Notes: generated by a model not told the origin, from the letters alone. A stretch of 64,000 bases of DNA from an uncultured Sulfitobacter sp. (GCA_965364195.1 CBDTVN010000001.1:721-64720); one strand, 5' to 3'. Positions 10,664 to 20,435 are shown, counted from the stretch's first letter. Numbers and translations are program-made.

Positions 10664-11243
10664 GATGCTGGCTCCGAATGGTTGCAACGATGTATTGCAC
10701 CTGTGCGCGGGCGTGTTCAAGCGTTTCGGTCTCGATCACATAGGTAGCGCGGGCGCACTTATCTGCGGCAGGGAGTTGCTTGGCTTTGATACCAAGGAAC
10801 TGGTCGCGGGTCATCGTGCCACGCTCCATCACACGGGCTTCTTGTGTGGCGTCATCCGTGAAGACACAAGCGGTGGCATCCACGCGGGCATCGCCGCCTG
10901 TCTCAAACAGCAGCGGAATATCGAGCACAACAATATCCGCATCCGTCCGGGCAAGGAAATCTGCGCGATCTTGACCCACAAGCGGGTGCACGATGGCCTC
11001 AATCTGCTTTAGCGCGGACGGATCAAGTCCAATGATCTCTTTGAGAGCAGGGCGTGAAACGGCACCATTAATCACGGCATCGGGAAATACTTGAGCGAAG
11101 GCCGCTACAGCTGCGCCGCCTTCGCTATAGAGACGGTGTACCGCAGCATCGGCATCCCAAAGCGCACACCCTTCATCCACGAACATCTGCGCCGTGGTTG
11201 ATTTTCCCATGCCGATGGAGCCGGTCAGCCCGAGCAGAAACAT
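10656..11243 (-). CDS. coaE: Dephospho-CoA kinase
   Basis: The start MFLLGLTGSIGMGKST (Walker A) is at 11243 and shares 1 nt with the aroE stop. Confidence 0.9.
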   Translation of the reverse strand: MFLLGLTGSIGMGKSTTAQMFVDEGCALWDADAAVHRLYSEGGAAVAAFAQVFPDAVINGAVSRPALKEIIGLDPSALKQIEAIVHPLVGQDRADFLARTDADIVVLDIPLLFETGGDARVDATACVFTDDATQEARVMERGTMTRDQFLGIKAKQLPAADKCARATYVIETETLEHARAQVQYIVATIRSQHHA

Positions 11244-12079
11244 TAACGCAGCGCCGCCGCACGGGTCGCGCGGTCCACGTCTGGGCGGCGGCCGAACCAA
11301 CGCTCGAACGCTGGAACCGCCTGATGTAGTAACATGCCCAGACCATCAACTGTGACACAGCCAGATTCCTCTGCGGCGGCAAGCATGTTCGTCTTGAGCG
11401 GGGCATAGACCAGGTCAGTAACAATCGTTGATGCGCGCAATCCATCCAGCGGCACGCGCAACTCGGACTTCCCGATCATGCCCAACGATGTGGTATTCAC
11501 CAAGAGGGCCGCATCATCAATCATGTTGCCGGCCTGAACCCATTCATAAACGCGAATCCGGCTGCCAAAATCCTGTTTAATCTTATCCGCGCGCACGCGG
11601 GTGCGGTTTGACAGTCTGATCTCTGGCACGCCCGCTTCGATCAGGGATGAGATGACAGCTCGCGCAGCGCCTCCAGCACCCAGAACAGCAGCGGGGCCAG
11701 AGCGTGGATCCCACTGTGGGGCACCTGATTTCAGGTTCTCGATGAAGCCATAACCATCTGTATTATCAGCATGAATTTTACCATCTTTACGGAAGATCAG
11801 CGTATTGGCCGCCCCGATCAAGGTCGCGCGATCTGTTACTAGATCAGCAATGTCCATCACCTTCTCTTTGTGCGGAATCGTAATGTTCACACCAACAAAT
11901 CCCATCCGGGGCAGGGTGTGCAGAACGTTCTCCAAGTTCTCGGCGCTGACATCCATCGGAATATAATGCCCCGCGATGCCATATGTTTTGAGCCAATGGC
12001 GATGCAGTTGGGGCGATTTTGAATGGGCGATGGGGGAGCCGATCACGCCAGCCAAAGGGATGCGAGGCAGTTCGGTCAT
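11243..12079 (-). CDS. aroE: Shikimate dehydrogenase
   Basis: 278 aa with GVIGSPIAHSKSP and the NADP-binding motif GAGGAARAV. Confidence 0.9.
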   Translation of the reverse strand: MTELPRIPLAGVIGSPIAHSKSPQLHRHWLKTYGIAGHYIPMDVSAENLENVLHTLPRMGFVGVNITIPHKEKVMDIADLVTDRATLIGAANTLIFRKDGKIHADNTDGYGFIENLKSGAPQWDPRSGPAAVLGAGGAARAVISSLIEAGVPEIRLSNRTRVRADKIKQDFGSRIRVYEWVQAGNMIDDAALLVNTTSLGMIGKSELRVPLDGLRASTIVTDLVYAPLKTNMLAAAEESGCVTVDGLGMLLHQAVPAFERWFGRRPDVDRATRAAALR

Positions 12080-12675
12080 TGTGCAATATCTCCACGAAGG
12101 GTCAGGTAGTTCAGAATTTCCAGCAAAGGCATGCCAAGCACATTAAAGTAATCGCCCTCAATACGCGAGAAAAGCCGCACGCCTTCTTCTTCCAGCTTAT
12201 ATGCGCCGACAGCGTGGCGAATGCTGTCCCAGTTTCGCGCGACATAGTCTTTGAGATAGGCATCACTCGCATCACGCATCCGAAGGCGCACTACACCAAT
12301 ATGCCGCCAAAGGGGTTTGCCGTTCTCATAGATTACCGCAGCAGACAAAAGCGTATGTCGATCCCCGCGCATCAGCTTGAGTTGGGTCAGCGCATCTTCA
12401 GGCGTTTCAGGTTTGCTAAGGAGCGTACTATTATGCTCAAGCACCTGATCACAGCCGATCACCAAAGCGTTCGGGTTTTTGTCGCTGACTTTTGATGCTT
12501 TCATTTCCGCCAATGCATCGGCAATATCACGGGGTGGAGCACCCTCGGCGATAAGTGAGGCTTTGATCATATCCTCATCCACCCGCGCCTTTTGGACTTC
12601 GTGAGGAACGGCCGCTTGGCTCAGCATTTGGGTACGGATACTGGAACCGGAAGCTAGGATGATGTGGACACTCAT
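12076..12675 (-). CDS. maf: Maf-like nucleoside triphosphate pyrophosphatase
   Basis: 199 aa with the Maf N-terminus IILASGSSIRTQML. The stop overlaps the aroE start by 4 nt. Confidence 0.9.
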   Translation of the reverse strand: MSVHIILASGSSIRTQMLSQAAVPHEVQKARVDEDMIKASLIAEGAPPRDIADALAEMKASKVSDKNPNALVIGCDQVLEHNSTLLSKPETPEDALTQLKLMRGDRHTLLSAAVIYENGKPLWRHIGVVRLRMRDASDAYLKDYVARNWDSIRHAVGAYKLEEEGVRLFSRIEGDYFNVLGMPLLEILNYLTLRGDIAQ

Positions 12676-12683
12676 GTGGATAA
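12675..12683 (-). promoter_or_regulatory. Perfect DnaA box (TTATCCACA on the minus strand)
   Basis: The + strand reads TGTGGATAA. It shares 1 nt with the maf start codon. Confidence 0.7.
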
Positions 12684-12876
12684 CTCGTGCATAATGCTAA
12701 GATGTTCTCATCAACAACTTGTCGACAATTACGGGTTAGGGTTCAAGAGGGGGATAAGGGGCCATCTCCACTGCCTTAACCGCAGATTCGTCCACGGTGG
12801 ATAAGGATAATTTTACCATTTGATAACTTTAGTTAATGTAATCTACTGCACAGAGTTACCCACAGAGGTAGAGCAA

Positions 12877-12928
12877 GATATATTACTTTAAGTTATTGAT
12901 AATTAATGAATAAATATATAATTATGAT
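12877..12928. other. AT-rich stretch, candidate DNA unwinding element
   Basis: GATATATTACTTTAAGTTATTGATAATTAATGAATAAATATATAATTATGAT has 6 G/C in 52 nt by hand count and is flanked by DnaA boxes. Confidence 0.5.
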
Positions 12929-13080
12929 CTTGCTAACACGCGCGCTTCTCTGCCTGAAACTACGGCTGGAAATTGGGGATAACCATTTAATCCACAGGAA
13001 ATCCGCTCCCTACTTAAATCAACAATCTTTCTTTCTATCTTTATTATTATAAAGAGAGGGTCAGAGACGGAGAGAGTGAC

Positions 13081-13530
13081 ATGAGTGATATCCTGAGTTT
13101 GGCTTACCCTTGGATCAAGGGGCTTCATATCATGTCAGTGATCTCATGGATGGCAGCGCTCTTTTATCTTCCTCGTTTGATGGTTCACCATACGGAGCGG
13201 GCGGGACTGAGTGGGGAGACCCACGAGATTTTTGCCATGATGGAATACAAGCTGGCAAAAGTGATCATGCAACCTGCGATGATGGCGACCTGGTTGTTTG
13301 GTCTATTGCTTGTTGCGACGCCAGGAATTGTGTTCTGGGGCGATGTCTGGCCATGGCTCAAAGGGGCGAGCGTCATCGCTATGACTGTGTTTCACATCTG
13401 GTTGATGCGCAGGATGCGTGGGTTTCAAGTTGGCGAGAATAGCACAACTGGCAGACAGTACCGGATGATGAACGAAGTGCCGACATTGCTGATGATCCTT
13501 ATTGTGTTCTCGGTGACGGTTAAGTTCTGA
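13081..13530 (+). CDS. hemJ: Protoporphyrinogen IX oxidase HemJ (UPF0093/CopD-like membrane protein)
   Basis: 149 aa with 4 hydrophobic segments and the characteristic N-terminus WIKGLHIMSVISWMAALFYLPRLMVHH. Confidence 0.8.
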   Translation: MSDILSLAYPWIKGLHIMSVISWMAALFYLPRLMVHHTERAGLSGETHEIFAMMEYKLAKVIMQPAMMATWLFGLLLVATPGIVFWGDVWPWLKGASVIAMTVFHIWLMRRMRGFQVGENSTTGRQYRMMNEVPTLLMILIVFSVTVKF

Positions 13531-13542
13531 TTTAGGCCTTTA

Positions 13543-13571
13543 TTGACAGACGAAGGCCAGCGGCGTATTGG
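13543..13571 (+). promoter_or_regulatory. Candidate sigma70-type promoter of rho
   Basis: TTGACA (13543-13548), a 17-nt spacer, then TATTGG (13566-13571). This would give a leader of about 85 nt before the rho ATG. Confidence 0.35.
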
Positions 13572-13660
13572 GAACGCACCGCCTCGTCCGAGGCTGGATC
13601 AACCCTATTATTTTTACTGACCGGCTCATGATCGCTTTTGCGCGAGCCAAGGATATTTTC

Positions 13661-14932
13661 ATGACACTTGAGACCCTTAAACTTGCTGATCTAAAGGCAA
13701 AATCTCCAAAAAGCCTGCTGTCCATGGCGGAAGAGCTAGAGATCGAAAATGCCTCTACGATGCGTAAGGGCGAGATGATGTTCCAGATTCTGCGCGAACG
13801 TGCGGATGAAGGCTGGGAAATCTATGGTGATGGTGTTTTGGAAGTCTTGCAGGATGGTTTTGGCTTCTTGCGCTCACCCGAGGCAAATTATTTGCCCGGT
13901 CCGGATGACATTTATGTGTCGCCCGAGATGATCCGCCAGCATTCCCTGCGCACTGGAGATACCATTGACGGTCTGATTAAAGCCCCTGACGACACCGAGC
14001 GGTACTTCGCCCTGACCGAGGTGACGCAGATCAACTTTGAAGCCCCTGAGAAGGCGCGTCACAAGGTTGCGTTCGAGAACCTGACGCCGCTTTATCCGGA
14101 CGAGCGTCTGACGATGGAAGTTGATGATCCGACCGTCAAAGACCGCTCCGCGCGGATCATTGATCTGGTGGCACCAATCGGGAAGGGCCAACGTTCGCTT
14201 ATCGTGGCACCTCCGCGCACGGGTAAAACAGTTCTGTTGCAGAACATCGCCAACTCGATCGAGAAGAATCACCCTGAATGCTATCTCATTGTACTGTTGA
14301 TCGATGAACGGCCTGAGGAAGTTACGGACATGCAGCGTTCTGTGAAGGGTGAGGTTGTCTCTTCCACCTTTGACGAACCTGCCACGCGCCACGTTGCTGT
14401 GTCCGAGATGGTCATCGAGAAGGCAAAGCGTCTGGTCGAGCATAAGCGCGATGTCGTGATCCTGCTCGATTCTGTGACTCGCCTGGGCCGCGCGTTTAAC
14501 ACGGTTGTCCCGTCTTCTGGTAAGGTTCTCACCGGTGGTGTCGATGCTAATGCTCTGCAACGCCCCAAGCGTTTCTTTGGTGCAGCACGGAACATCGAAG
14601 AGGGCGGCTCCCTTACAATCATCGCGACAGCATTGATTGATACGGGAAGCCGGATGGATGAAGTCATCTTTGAAGAATTCAAAGGAACGGGTAACTCCGA
14701 AATCGTGCTGGATCGTAAGATTGCCGACAAGCGCGTGTACCCTGCCATCGACATCCTCAAATCCGGCACGCGGAAAGAAGAGCTGCTGGTCGACAAGATT
14801 GATTTGCAGAAAACATTTGTTTTGCGTCGTATTCTCAATCCGATGGGGACAACTGACGGTATCGAATTCCTGATATCAAAGTTGAAGCAAACCAAGACGA
14901 ATTCTGACTTCTTTGATTCGATGAATACCTAA
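13661..14932 (+). CDS. rho: Transcription termination factor Rho
   Basis: 423 aa from ATG 13661 ([20 protein letters not shown]..). It has the Rho N-terminal and RNA-binding domains and Walker A APPRTGKT. The ORF-track start at 13568 is likely too far upstream. Confidence 0.95.
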   Translation: MTLETLKLADLKAKSPKSLLSMAEELEIENASTMRKGEMMFQILRERADEGWEIYGDGVLEVLQDGFGFLRSPEANYLPGPDDIYVSPEMIRQHSLRTGDTIDGLIKAPDDTERYFALTEVTQINFEAPEKARHKVAFENLTPLYPDERLTMEVDDPTVKDRSARIIDLVAPIGKGQRSLIVAPPRTGKTVLLQNIANSIEKNHPECYLIVLLIDERPEEVTDMQRSVKGEVVSSTFDEPATRHVAVSEMVIEKAKRLVEHKRDVVILLDSVTRLGRAFNTVVPSSGKVLTGGVDANALQRPKRFFGAARNIEEGGSLTIIATALIDTGSRMDEVIFEEFKGTGNSEIVLDRKIADKRVYPAIDILKSGTRKEELLVDKIDLQKTFVLRRILNPMGTTDGIEFLISKLKQTKTNSDFFDSMNT

Positions 14933-14962
14933 AACGTCACATAAATTCAAAGGCTTAGGTCG

Positions 14963-16249
14963 ATGGATACTATTTTTGCCCAAGCAACTGCCATGGGCCG
15001 CGCGGGGGTGTCCGTTGTGCGGGTTTCTGGGCCTATGGCGCATCAGATTTGCACGCAGCTGGTAGGCTCTTTGCCGGAACCGCGATCAACAGCATTGCGT
15101 ATGGTGAAAGATCGTGACGGGGGATTTATTGATCAAGCTTTGATCTTGCCATTTGTCGGGCCAGAGAGCTTTACGGGTGAAGATACTGTTGAGCTCCATC
15201 TCCATGGCAGTATTGCAATCATGCGCCGCGTTTTGGAAGAATTAGGGCGGTTTGACGGTGCCCGTTTGGCAAACCCGGGTGAATTTACCCGCCGTGCCCT
15301 GGAGAATGGCCGACTTGATTTGGTTCAAGTAGAGGGTTTGGCTGATCTCATTGAGGCGGAAACAGAAGCTCAGCGAAAACAGGCGCTTCGCGTTCTATCG
15401 GGCGCATTAGGATCCAAGGTGGAAAGCTGGCGCAAATCTCTGATCCGCGCAGCAGCGCTTTTGGAAGCAACGATTGATTTTGCCGATGAAGATGTTCCGG
15501 TTGATGTAACTGACGAAGTTCGAGAACTTTTGCGAGATGTAGAGGGCCAGCTTCTAGTTGAAATAGACGGAACAAAAGCGGCGGAGCGTATTCGGGCAGG
15601 ATTTGAAGTTGCAATCGTTGGGGCGCCAAATGTTGGTAAGTCCACGCTGTTAAATCGATTGGCAGGACGGGAGGCAGCTATTACCTCCAGCATTGCGGGC
15701 ACGACCAGAGATGTTATCGAAGTTCGAATGGACTTGGGAGGACTTCCCGTCACTCTGCTTGACACAGCGGGGATACGGGACAGTACTGACGAAATTGAGA
15801 CCTTAGGCGTGGCGCTCGCTTTACGTCGTGCTGCAGATGCTGATCTGCGGGTATTTCTGTTGAATCAGGGAGACAACCCTCCATTGAGCCCAGTTACAGA
15901 TGATATCGTATTGTGGGCGAAAGCCGACTTAACAGATGCGGAGTATCCGTCTATTTCAGGTAAGTCCGGATCTGGGATCGAAACGTTGCTATCACATATT
16001 GAAACTGCTCTGTCCAAGCTTGCATCTGGTGCAGGTTTGGCGACACACGCACGACATGCGGTAGCTATGGATATCTCAAGGAAGGGCATTTTGAGTGCGC
16101 AAACTCTTCTTGAATCTGGTCCAGATCACTATGATATCGTCGCGGCAGAGTTGAGAATTGGAATACACGCCCTCGAAGTTCTTGTTGGTCGCATTGATGC
16201 AGAAAACCTGCTAGATGAAATATTCGCTAGTTTTTGTCTTGGAAAATGA
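14963..16249 (+). CDS. mnmE: tRNA modification GTPase MnmE
   Basis: 428 aa with G-domain motifs GAPNVGKSTLLN and DTAGIR, and the C-terminal CLGK motif. Confidence 0.95.
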   Translation: MDTIFAQATAMGRAGVSVVRVSGPMAHQICTQLVGSLPEPRSTALRMVKDRDGGFIDQALILPFVGPESFTGEDTVELHLHGSIAIMRRVLEELGRFDGARLANPGEFTRRALENGRLDLVQVEGLADLIEAETEAQRKQALRVLSGALGSKVESWRKSLIRAAALLEATIDFADEDVPVDVTDEVRELLRDVEGQLLVEIDGTKAAERIRAGFEVAIVGAPNVGKSTLLNRLAGREAAITSSIAGTTRDVIEVRMDLGGLPVTLLDTAGIRDSTDEIETLGVALALRRAADADLRVFLLNQGDNPPLSPVTDDIVLWAKADLTDAEYPSISGKSGSGIETLLSHIETALSKLASGAGLATHARHAVAMDISRKGILSAQTLLESGPDHYDIVAAELRIGIHALEVLVGRIDAENLLDEIFASFCLGK

Positions 16250-16252
16250 GGA

Positions 16253-18124
16253 TTGTTTCACGTGAAACATTTTGATGTCATTGTTATTGGCGGTGGTCAT
16301 GCCGGTACAGATGCTGCCCATGCAGCGGCGCGGATGGGTGCGAACACCGCTTTGCTCACGATGTCGCGTGAAACTATAGGTGTCATGTCGTGTAATCCCG
16401 CGATCGGCGGGCTTGGAAAAGGTCATCTAGTCCGGGAGATTGATGCACTTGACGGTTTAATGGGCCGCGTTGCTGATGCAGCAGGAATTCAGTTTCGCTT
16501 GCTAAACCGTCGTAAAGGACCAGCTGTCCAAGGCCCACGCACCCAAGCAGATAGAAATATCTATCGTACAAAAATGCTCTCCGAGATTGAGGCACACCCT
16601 TTGATCACAATAATCGAAGGTGAAGCAGTAGACTTTATCATGAACAGCGGCAGAGTTGGGGGAATTGTGACTGCTGAGGGAAGCTCAATTTTGTCTGGCG
16701 CAGTTATCCTGACCACTGGTACATTCCTACGTGGTGTAATTCATATTGGAGATGTGCAAAAGGCAGGCGGTCGAATGGGTGATAATCCATCGCAAAAGCT
16801 TGCTGAGCGAATTGATGGTCTTGGACTAGATCTAGGGCGTCTAAAAACCGGTACCCCGCCAAGGCTTGACGGAAGAACAATAAACTGGGAGGGGCTTGAG
16901 CTGCAACCTGCTGATGATGTCCCTTCCTTGTTCTCCTTTATGTCGAAGGCAGCTGGGTCCCGGCAAATATCATGTGGCATTACACATACAAATGAGAAAA
17001 CGCATGATATAATTCGCAATAACCTCGAACGGTCTGCCATGTATGGCGGACACATTGACGGTGTAGGCCCACGCTATTGCCCGTCGATCGAAGATAAGGT
17101 CGTTCGGTTTGCGGATAAGGCATCACACCAGATATTTCTTGAGCCAGAGGGGCTGGATGATCCGACAATTTACCCGAATGGTATTTCCACATCTCTTCCA
17201 GTCACTGTTCAGGAAGATTACGTCAGGTCGATTGTTGGCCTTGAGCAGGTAAAAATATTCCAACCTGGCTATGCAATTGAATATGACTATGTTGATCCTC
17301 GCGCTTTAAGTCAGACATTGGAGCTAAAAGCCGTTTCAGGGCTCTATTTGGCGGGTCAAATTAATGGTACGACAGGTTACGAAGAGGCTGCGGCGCAGGG
17401 TGTCGTTGCGGGATTAAACGCAGCGCTCTCGGTACTTGAACGAGAGCCAGTTATATTCAGTAGGACGAACAGCTATATCGGCGTCATGATTGATGATCTA
17501 ACAACAAGAGGTGTGACAGAGCCATATCGAATGTTTACGTCCCGCGCAGAATTTCGGCTATCTCTCCGTGCTGATAATGCGGATCAGCGGTTGACTGGCG
17601 AGGGTATTGCTTTGGGCTGCGTTTCGTCGCAACGAGCAGACGCGTTTACTGAGAAGATGGAGAACCTCGATAAATGTCGCGAGTTGCTGGAGGCCAAGAC
17701 CTTTACACCTAAAGAGGCGGCAACTGTTGGAATTGCTATCAATAAAGATGGTCAGCGTCGGACTGGTTTCCAACTTTTGGCATTTCCGGATGTGATGTTT
17801 GATCAGATTCGCCAATTGGATGAGAGTCTGTCGGAGATCTCACATTCAATCTCAGAACAGGTAGCGAAAGACGCGATTTATGCAAATTATATAAAGCGGC
17901 AGGAAAAAGATGTCGCCCTTCTTCGGAAAGACGAAGGTGAACATATTCCAGCTTCGTTTGATTATTCTATAATTGAGGGCCTTTCAAACGAGTTGAAATC
18001 AAAGCTAATTGCCGCGAAGCCTGAAAGCCTTGCTCAAGCATCGCGGATTGATGGAATGACTCCTGCTGCCCTCACGCTCGTTCTTGCCTTGATCCGCAAG
18101 GGTCAAACAAGAAAGTCAGCATAA
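16253..18124 (+). CDS. mnmG: tRNA uridine 5-carboxymethylaminomethyl modification enzyme MnmG (GidA)
   Basis: 623 aa with the FAD-binding motif [15 protein letters not shown]. The start is TTG 16253 or GTG 16262. Confidence 0.95.
   Translation: MFHVKHFDVIVIGGGHAGTDAAHAAARMGANTALLTMSRETIGVMSCNPAIGGLGKGHLVREIDALDGLMGRVADAAGIQFRLLNRRKGPAVQGPRTQADRNIYRTKMLSEIEAHPLITIIEGEAVDFIMNSGRVGGIVTAEGSSILSGAVILTTGTFLRGVIHIGDVQKAGGRMGDNPSQKLAERIDGLGLDLGRLKTGTPPRLDGRTINWEGLELQPADDVPSLFSFMSKAAGSRQISCGITHTNEKTHDIIRNNLERSAMYGGHIDGVGPRYCPSIEDKVVRFADKASHQIFLEPEGLDDPTIYPNGISTSLPVTVQEDYVRSIVGLEQVKIFQPGYAIEYDYVDPRALSQTLELKAVSGLYLAGQINGTTGYEEAAAQGVVAGLNAALSVLEREPVIFSRTNSYIGVMIDDLTTRGVTEPYRMFTSRAEFRLSLRADNADQRLTGEGIALGCVSSQRADAFTEKMENLDKCRELLEAKTFTPKEAATVGIAINKDGQRRTGFQLLAFPDVMFDQIRQLDESLSEISHSISEQVAKDAIYANYIKRQEKDVALLRKDEGEHIPASFDYSIIEGLSNELKSKLIAAKPESLAQASRIDGMTPAALTLVLALIRKGQTRKSA
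16254..16269. promoter_or_regulatory. parS centromere-like site (perfect 16-bp palindrome TGTTTCACGTGAAACA)
   Basis: Exact palindrome matching the canonical ParB-binding consensus tGTTtCACGTGAAAcA. It overlaps the first codons of mnmG. Confidence 0.85.
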
Positions 18125-18732
18125 TGCAATCGGACAGTCTGAGAAATGTTTCACGTGAAACAATAGAGGGGTTGAGGGAGTTCGAGCAGCTTGCACAAAA
18201 GTGGACGAAGAAAATCAACCTTGTTTCAGCAAAAGATGCTTCCCAAATATGGGAGAGGCATATTGTCGATTCAGTTCAGGTGTATGATCTAGCACCGAGT
18301 ATGGGAGACTGGCTTGATATTGGGAGCGGGGGCGGATTTCCGGGCTTAGTTGCGGCTATTATTGCTAAGGAGAGGGCTCCTGATCGGTTGTTCACGTTGG
18401 TAGATAGTGACCAGAGGAAGTGTGCATTTTTACGAACGGTAAGCAGAGAGCTTGGTCTAAATGTAAAAGTGCACGCAGAGCGCGTTGAGAAAATGGCGCC
18501 AATGGGCGTTGATATTTTGTCAGCGCGAGCGCTTGATGACTTGCATGGCTTGCTTTTCTATATGGAGCGACACGTTTCGAACGAAGGGATAGCGCTTTTC
18601 CCGAAAGGGGAGCGTTGGGAGAGCGAGCATGAACACGCGCAAAAACATTGGTCTTACAAACTTGAAGTGATTAAGAGTGAAACCAACCCAGAAGCTACGA
18701 TCCTGAAGATTAAGGAGCTTGCGCGTGTCTGA
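18124..18732 (+). CDS. rsmG: 16S rRNA (guanine527-N7)-methyltransferase RsmG (GidB)
   Basis: 202 aa with the SAM-binding motif DIGSGGGFPG. The start ATG overlaps the mnmG stop. Confidence 0.9.
   Translation: MQSDSLRNVSRETIEGLREFEQLAQKWTKKINLVSAKDASQIWERHIVDSVQVYDLAPSMGDWLDIGSGGGFPGLVAAIIAKERAPDRLFTLVDSDQRKCAFLRTVSRELGLNVKVHAERVEKMAPMGVDILSARALDDLHGLLFYMERHVSNEGIALFPKGERWESEHEHAQKHWSYKLEVIKSETNPEATILKIKELARV
18147..18162. promoter_or_regulatory. parS centromere-like site (second identical copy TGTTTCACGTGAAACA)
   Basis: Identical 16-mer inside the 5' end of rsmG (codons NVSRETI), 1893 nt from the first copy. Confidence 0.85.
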
Positions 18733-19549
18733 TTTATCTAGACCTAATGGTCCGAAAATTATTGCTGTTGCGAACCAAAAAGGGGGCGTCGGCAAAACAA
18801 CGACAACAATTAACCTAGCAGCGGCCTTGGCTGAAAAGGGTCAAAAGGTTTTGGTGATTGATCTTGATCCGCAGGGAAACGCTTCCACGGGGTTGGGGAT
18901 CGGGTTGGAAGACCGCGAATTCACGACATATGAGCTTCTCTTGGAAGATATCGATCTAAATGATGTCATCTTGGAAACGCAAACCAAGAACCTTTACATC
19001 GTGCCAGCCACAGTTGATCTGAGTTCTGCCGACCTCGATCTGCTAACGAATGAAAAACGCAGCTTTCTGCTCCATGATGCTTTGCGTCAAACTCAGATGG
19101 ATGCTTTCGGTTTTGACTATATCCTGATCGATTGCCCGCCATCGCTTAACCTTCTGACAGTAAATGCGATGATTGGCGCCCATTCGGTGTTGGTACCGCT
19201 GCAAAGTGAATTCTTTGCACTTGAAGGGCTGTCCCAGCTTATGTTGACAATTCGTGAGGTACGCCAATCCGGTAATAAGGACCTCCGGATTGAGGGTGTT
19301 GTTTTGACCATGTATGACCGGAGAAATAACCTGTCACAGCAGGTTGAGCAGGACGCGCGGGATAATCTTGGCGACCTTGTTTTTAAAACAATAATCCCTC
19401 GAAATGTTCGCGTGAGTGAGGCGCCGAGCTTTGCAATGCCCGTATTGGCGTATGATACTCAGTCGAAGGGCGCGCAGGCATATCGGGATCTTGCGCAAGA
19501 ACTTATGAATAACAATCAAGTCACAACGAAAGAGGTGCAGCATGTCTAA
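18719..19549 (+). CDS. parA: Chromosome partitioning ATPase ParA
   Basis: Deviant Walker A motif VANQKGGVGKTTT. AAGGAG at 18712-18717 favours the GTG 18725 start over TTG 18719. Confidence 0.95.
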   Translation: MRVSDLSRPNGPKIIAVANQKGGVGKTTTTINLAAALAEKGQKVLVIDLDPQGNASTGLGIGLEDREFTTYELLLEDIDLNDVILETQTKNLYIVPATVDLSSADLDLLTNEKRSFLLHDALRQTQMDAFGFDYILIDCPPSLNLLTVNAMIGAHSVLVPLQSEFFALEGLSQLMLTIREVRQSGNKDLRIEGVVLTMYDRRNNLSQQVEQDARDNLGDLVFKTIIPRNVRVSEAPSFAMPVLAYDTQSKGAQAYRDLAQELMNNNQVTTKEVQHV

Positions 19550-20435
19550 TAAAATTGATCGTAAGCGAGGTCTTGGGCGTGGTTTGTCTGCACTGATGGC
19601 AGATGTAAGTGAGACCGAAAGTGTCGCCGCTCAAGGTCCATCTGCCGCGGATCACCTTGTGCCAATTGAGCGTATTTCACCAAACCCTGATCAGCCGCGA
19701 AAGCAGTTTGTTCAGGATGATCTTGATGACCTTGCCGCGTCTATAAGGGAAAAGGGAGTCCTTCAGCCACTTATTGTGCGTGCGCGCGGCAATGGCGACT
19801 ATGAGATAGTTGCGGGAGAGCGTCGTTGGCGTGCAGCGCAAATGGCCCAGTTACATGCGCTCCCAGTGATCGTACGGGACTTTAGCGATATCGAAGTTCT
19901 TGAAGTTGCAATCATAGAGAATATCCAGCGCGCCGACCTCAATGCAGCCGAGGAAGCGGCTGGGTATAAGCAGTTGATGGACAAGTTTGGTCATACTCAA
20001 GAGAAGATGGCTGAAGCACTTGGGAAGAGCCGTAGCCATATCGCAAACCTTCTAAGACTGCTCAACCTCCCGATTGCAGTGTTAGAGCTGTTGCGGGAAG
20101 GAAAGCTCAGTGCAGGACACGCACGGGCGTTGATTCCGGCACAAGACCCTCTGGCGCTTGCGCAAAAGATCATAAAAGGGGGGCTGTCCGTCAGGGTAGC
20201 TGAGGCACTGGTAAAGAGTGAGCTTACCGGAGTTGGAAAAGGGAAGCCAGCAGGCTCCAGAGAAGCCACCGAGAAAGATGCGGATACTAAGGCCCTTGAG
20301 GGAGACCTGTCTGCTAATCTTGGAATGACGGTTTCATTGTCTCATAAGGGCGGGCAGGAAAGTGGGCAGCTTACTGTGCAGTATAAAACATTGGATGAAC
20401 TCGATGAACTTTGCCGTCTGTTGAGCTCTACTTAG
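19542..20435 (+). CDS. parB: Chromosome partitioning protein ParB
   Basis: 297 aa with the ParB box IVAGERRWRAA, an HTH region (QEKMAEALGKSRSHIANLLRLL), and an 8-nt overlap with parA. Confidence 0.95.
   Translation: MSNKIDRKRGLGRGLSALMADVSETESVAAQGPSAADHLVPIERISPNPDQPRKQFVQDDLDDLAASIREKGVLQPLIVRARGNGDYEIVAGERRWRAAQMAQLHALPVIVRDFSDIEVLEVAIIENIQRADLNAAEEAAGYKQLMDKFGHTQEKMAEALGKSRSHIANLLRLLNLPIAVLELLREGKLSAGHARALIPAQDPLALAQKIIKGGLSVRVAEALVKSELTGVGKGKPAGSREATEKDADTKALEGDLSANLGMTVSLSHKGGQESGQLTVQYKTLDELDELCRLLSST

Larger units (their letters stand above)
12675..13080. other. Candidate chromosomal replication origin (oriC)
   Basis: Non-coding gap between divergent maf and hemJ. DnaA-box 9-mers: TGTGGATAA 12675-12683 (perfect), then 8/9 matches GGTGGATAA 12796-12804, TTACCCACA 12856-12864, TGGGGATAA 12974-12982 and TAATCCACA 12988-12996. 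Two very AT-rich runs are present. parAB and two parS sites lie 3-6 kb to the right. Confidence 0.7.

Noticed and set aside
12832-13016. CtrA-type boxes (TTAA-N7-TTAA) in the candidate origin
   Set aside because: TTAA tetramers occur at about 12832, 12888, 12903, 12987 and 13013, but no pair has the required 11-nt start-to-start spacing. The best candidate, TTAAGTTATTGATAA (12888-12902), has a mismatched second half, so no call can be supported. A single GANTC (GATTC, 12785-12789) is also not informative.
12922-13128. 68-aa minus-strand ORF in the maf-hemJ gap
   Set aside because: It lies in the AT-rich, DnaA-box-containing candidate origin and overlaps the hemJ start. It has no RBS and reads as a chance ORF.
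13874-14895. Two long minus-strand ORFs (228 and 204 aa)
   Set aside because: Both are antisense to rho, whose identity is unambiguous.
16361-16376. parS half-site (CGTGAAAC) inside mnmG
   Set aside because: Only the right half matches. The left half matches 3 of 7 positions, which is not better than chance for a coding region.
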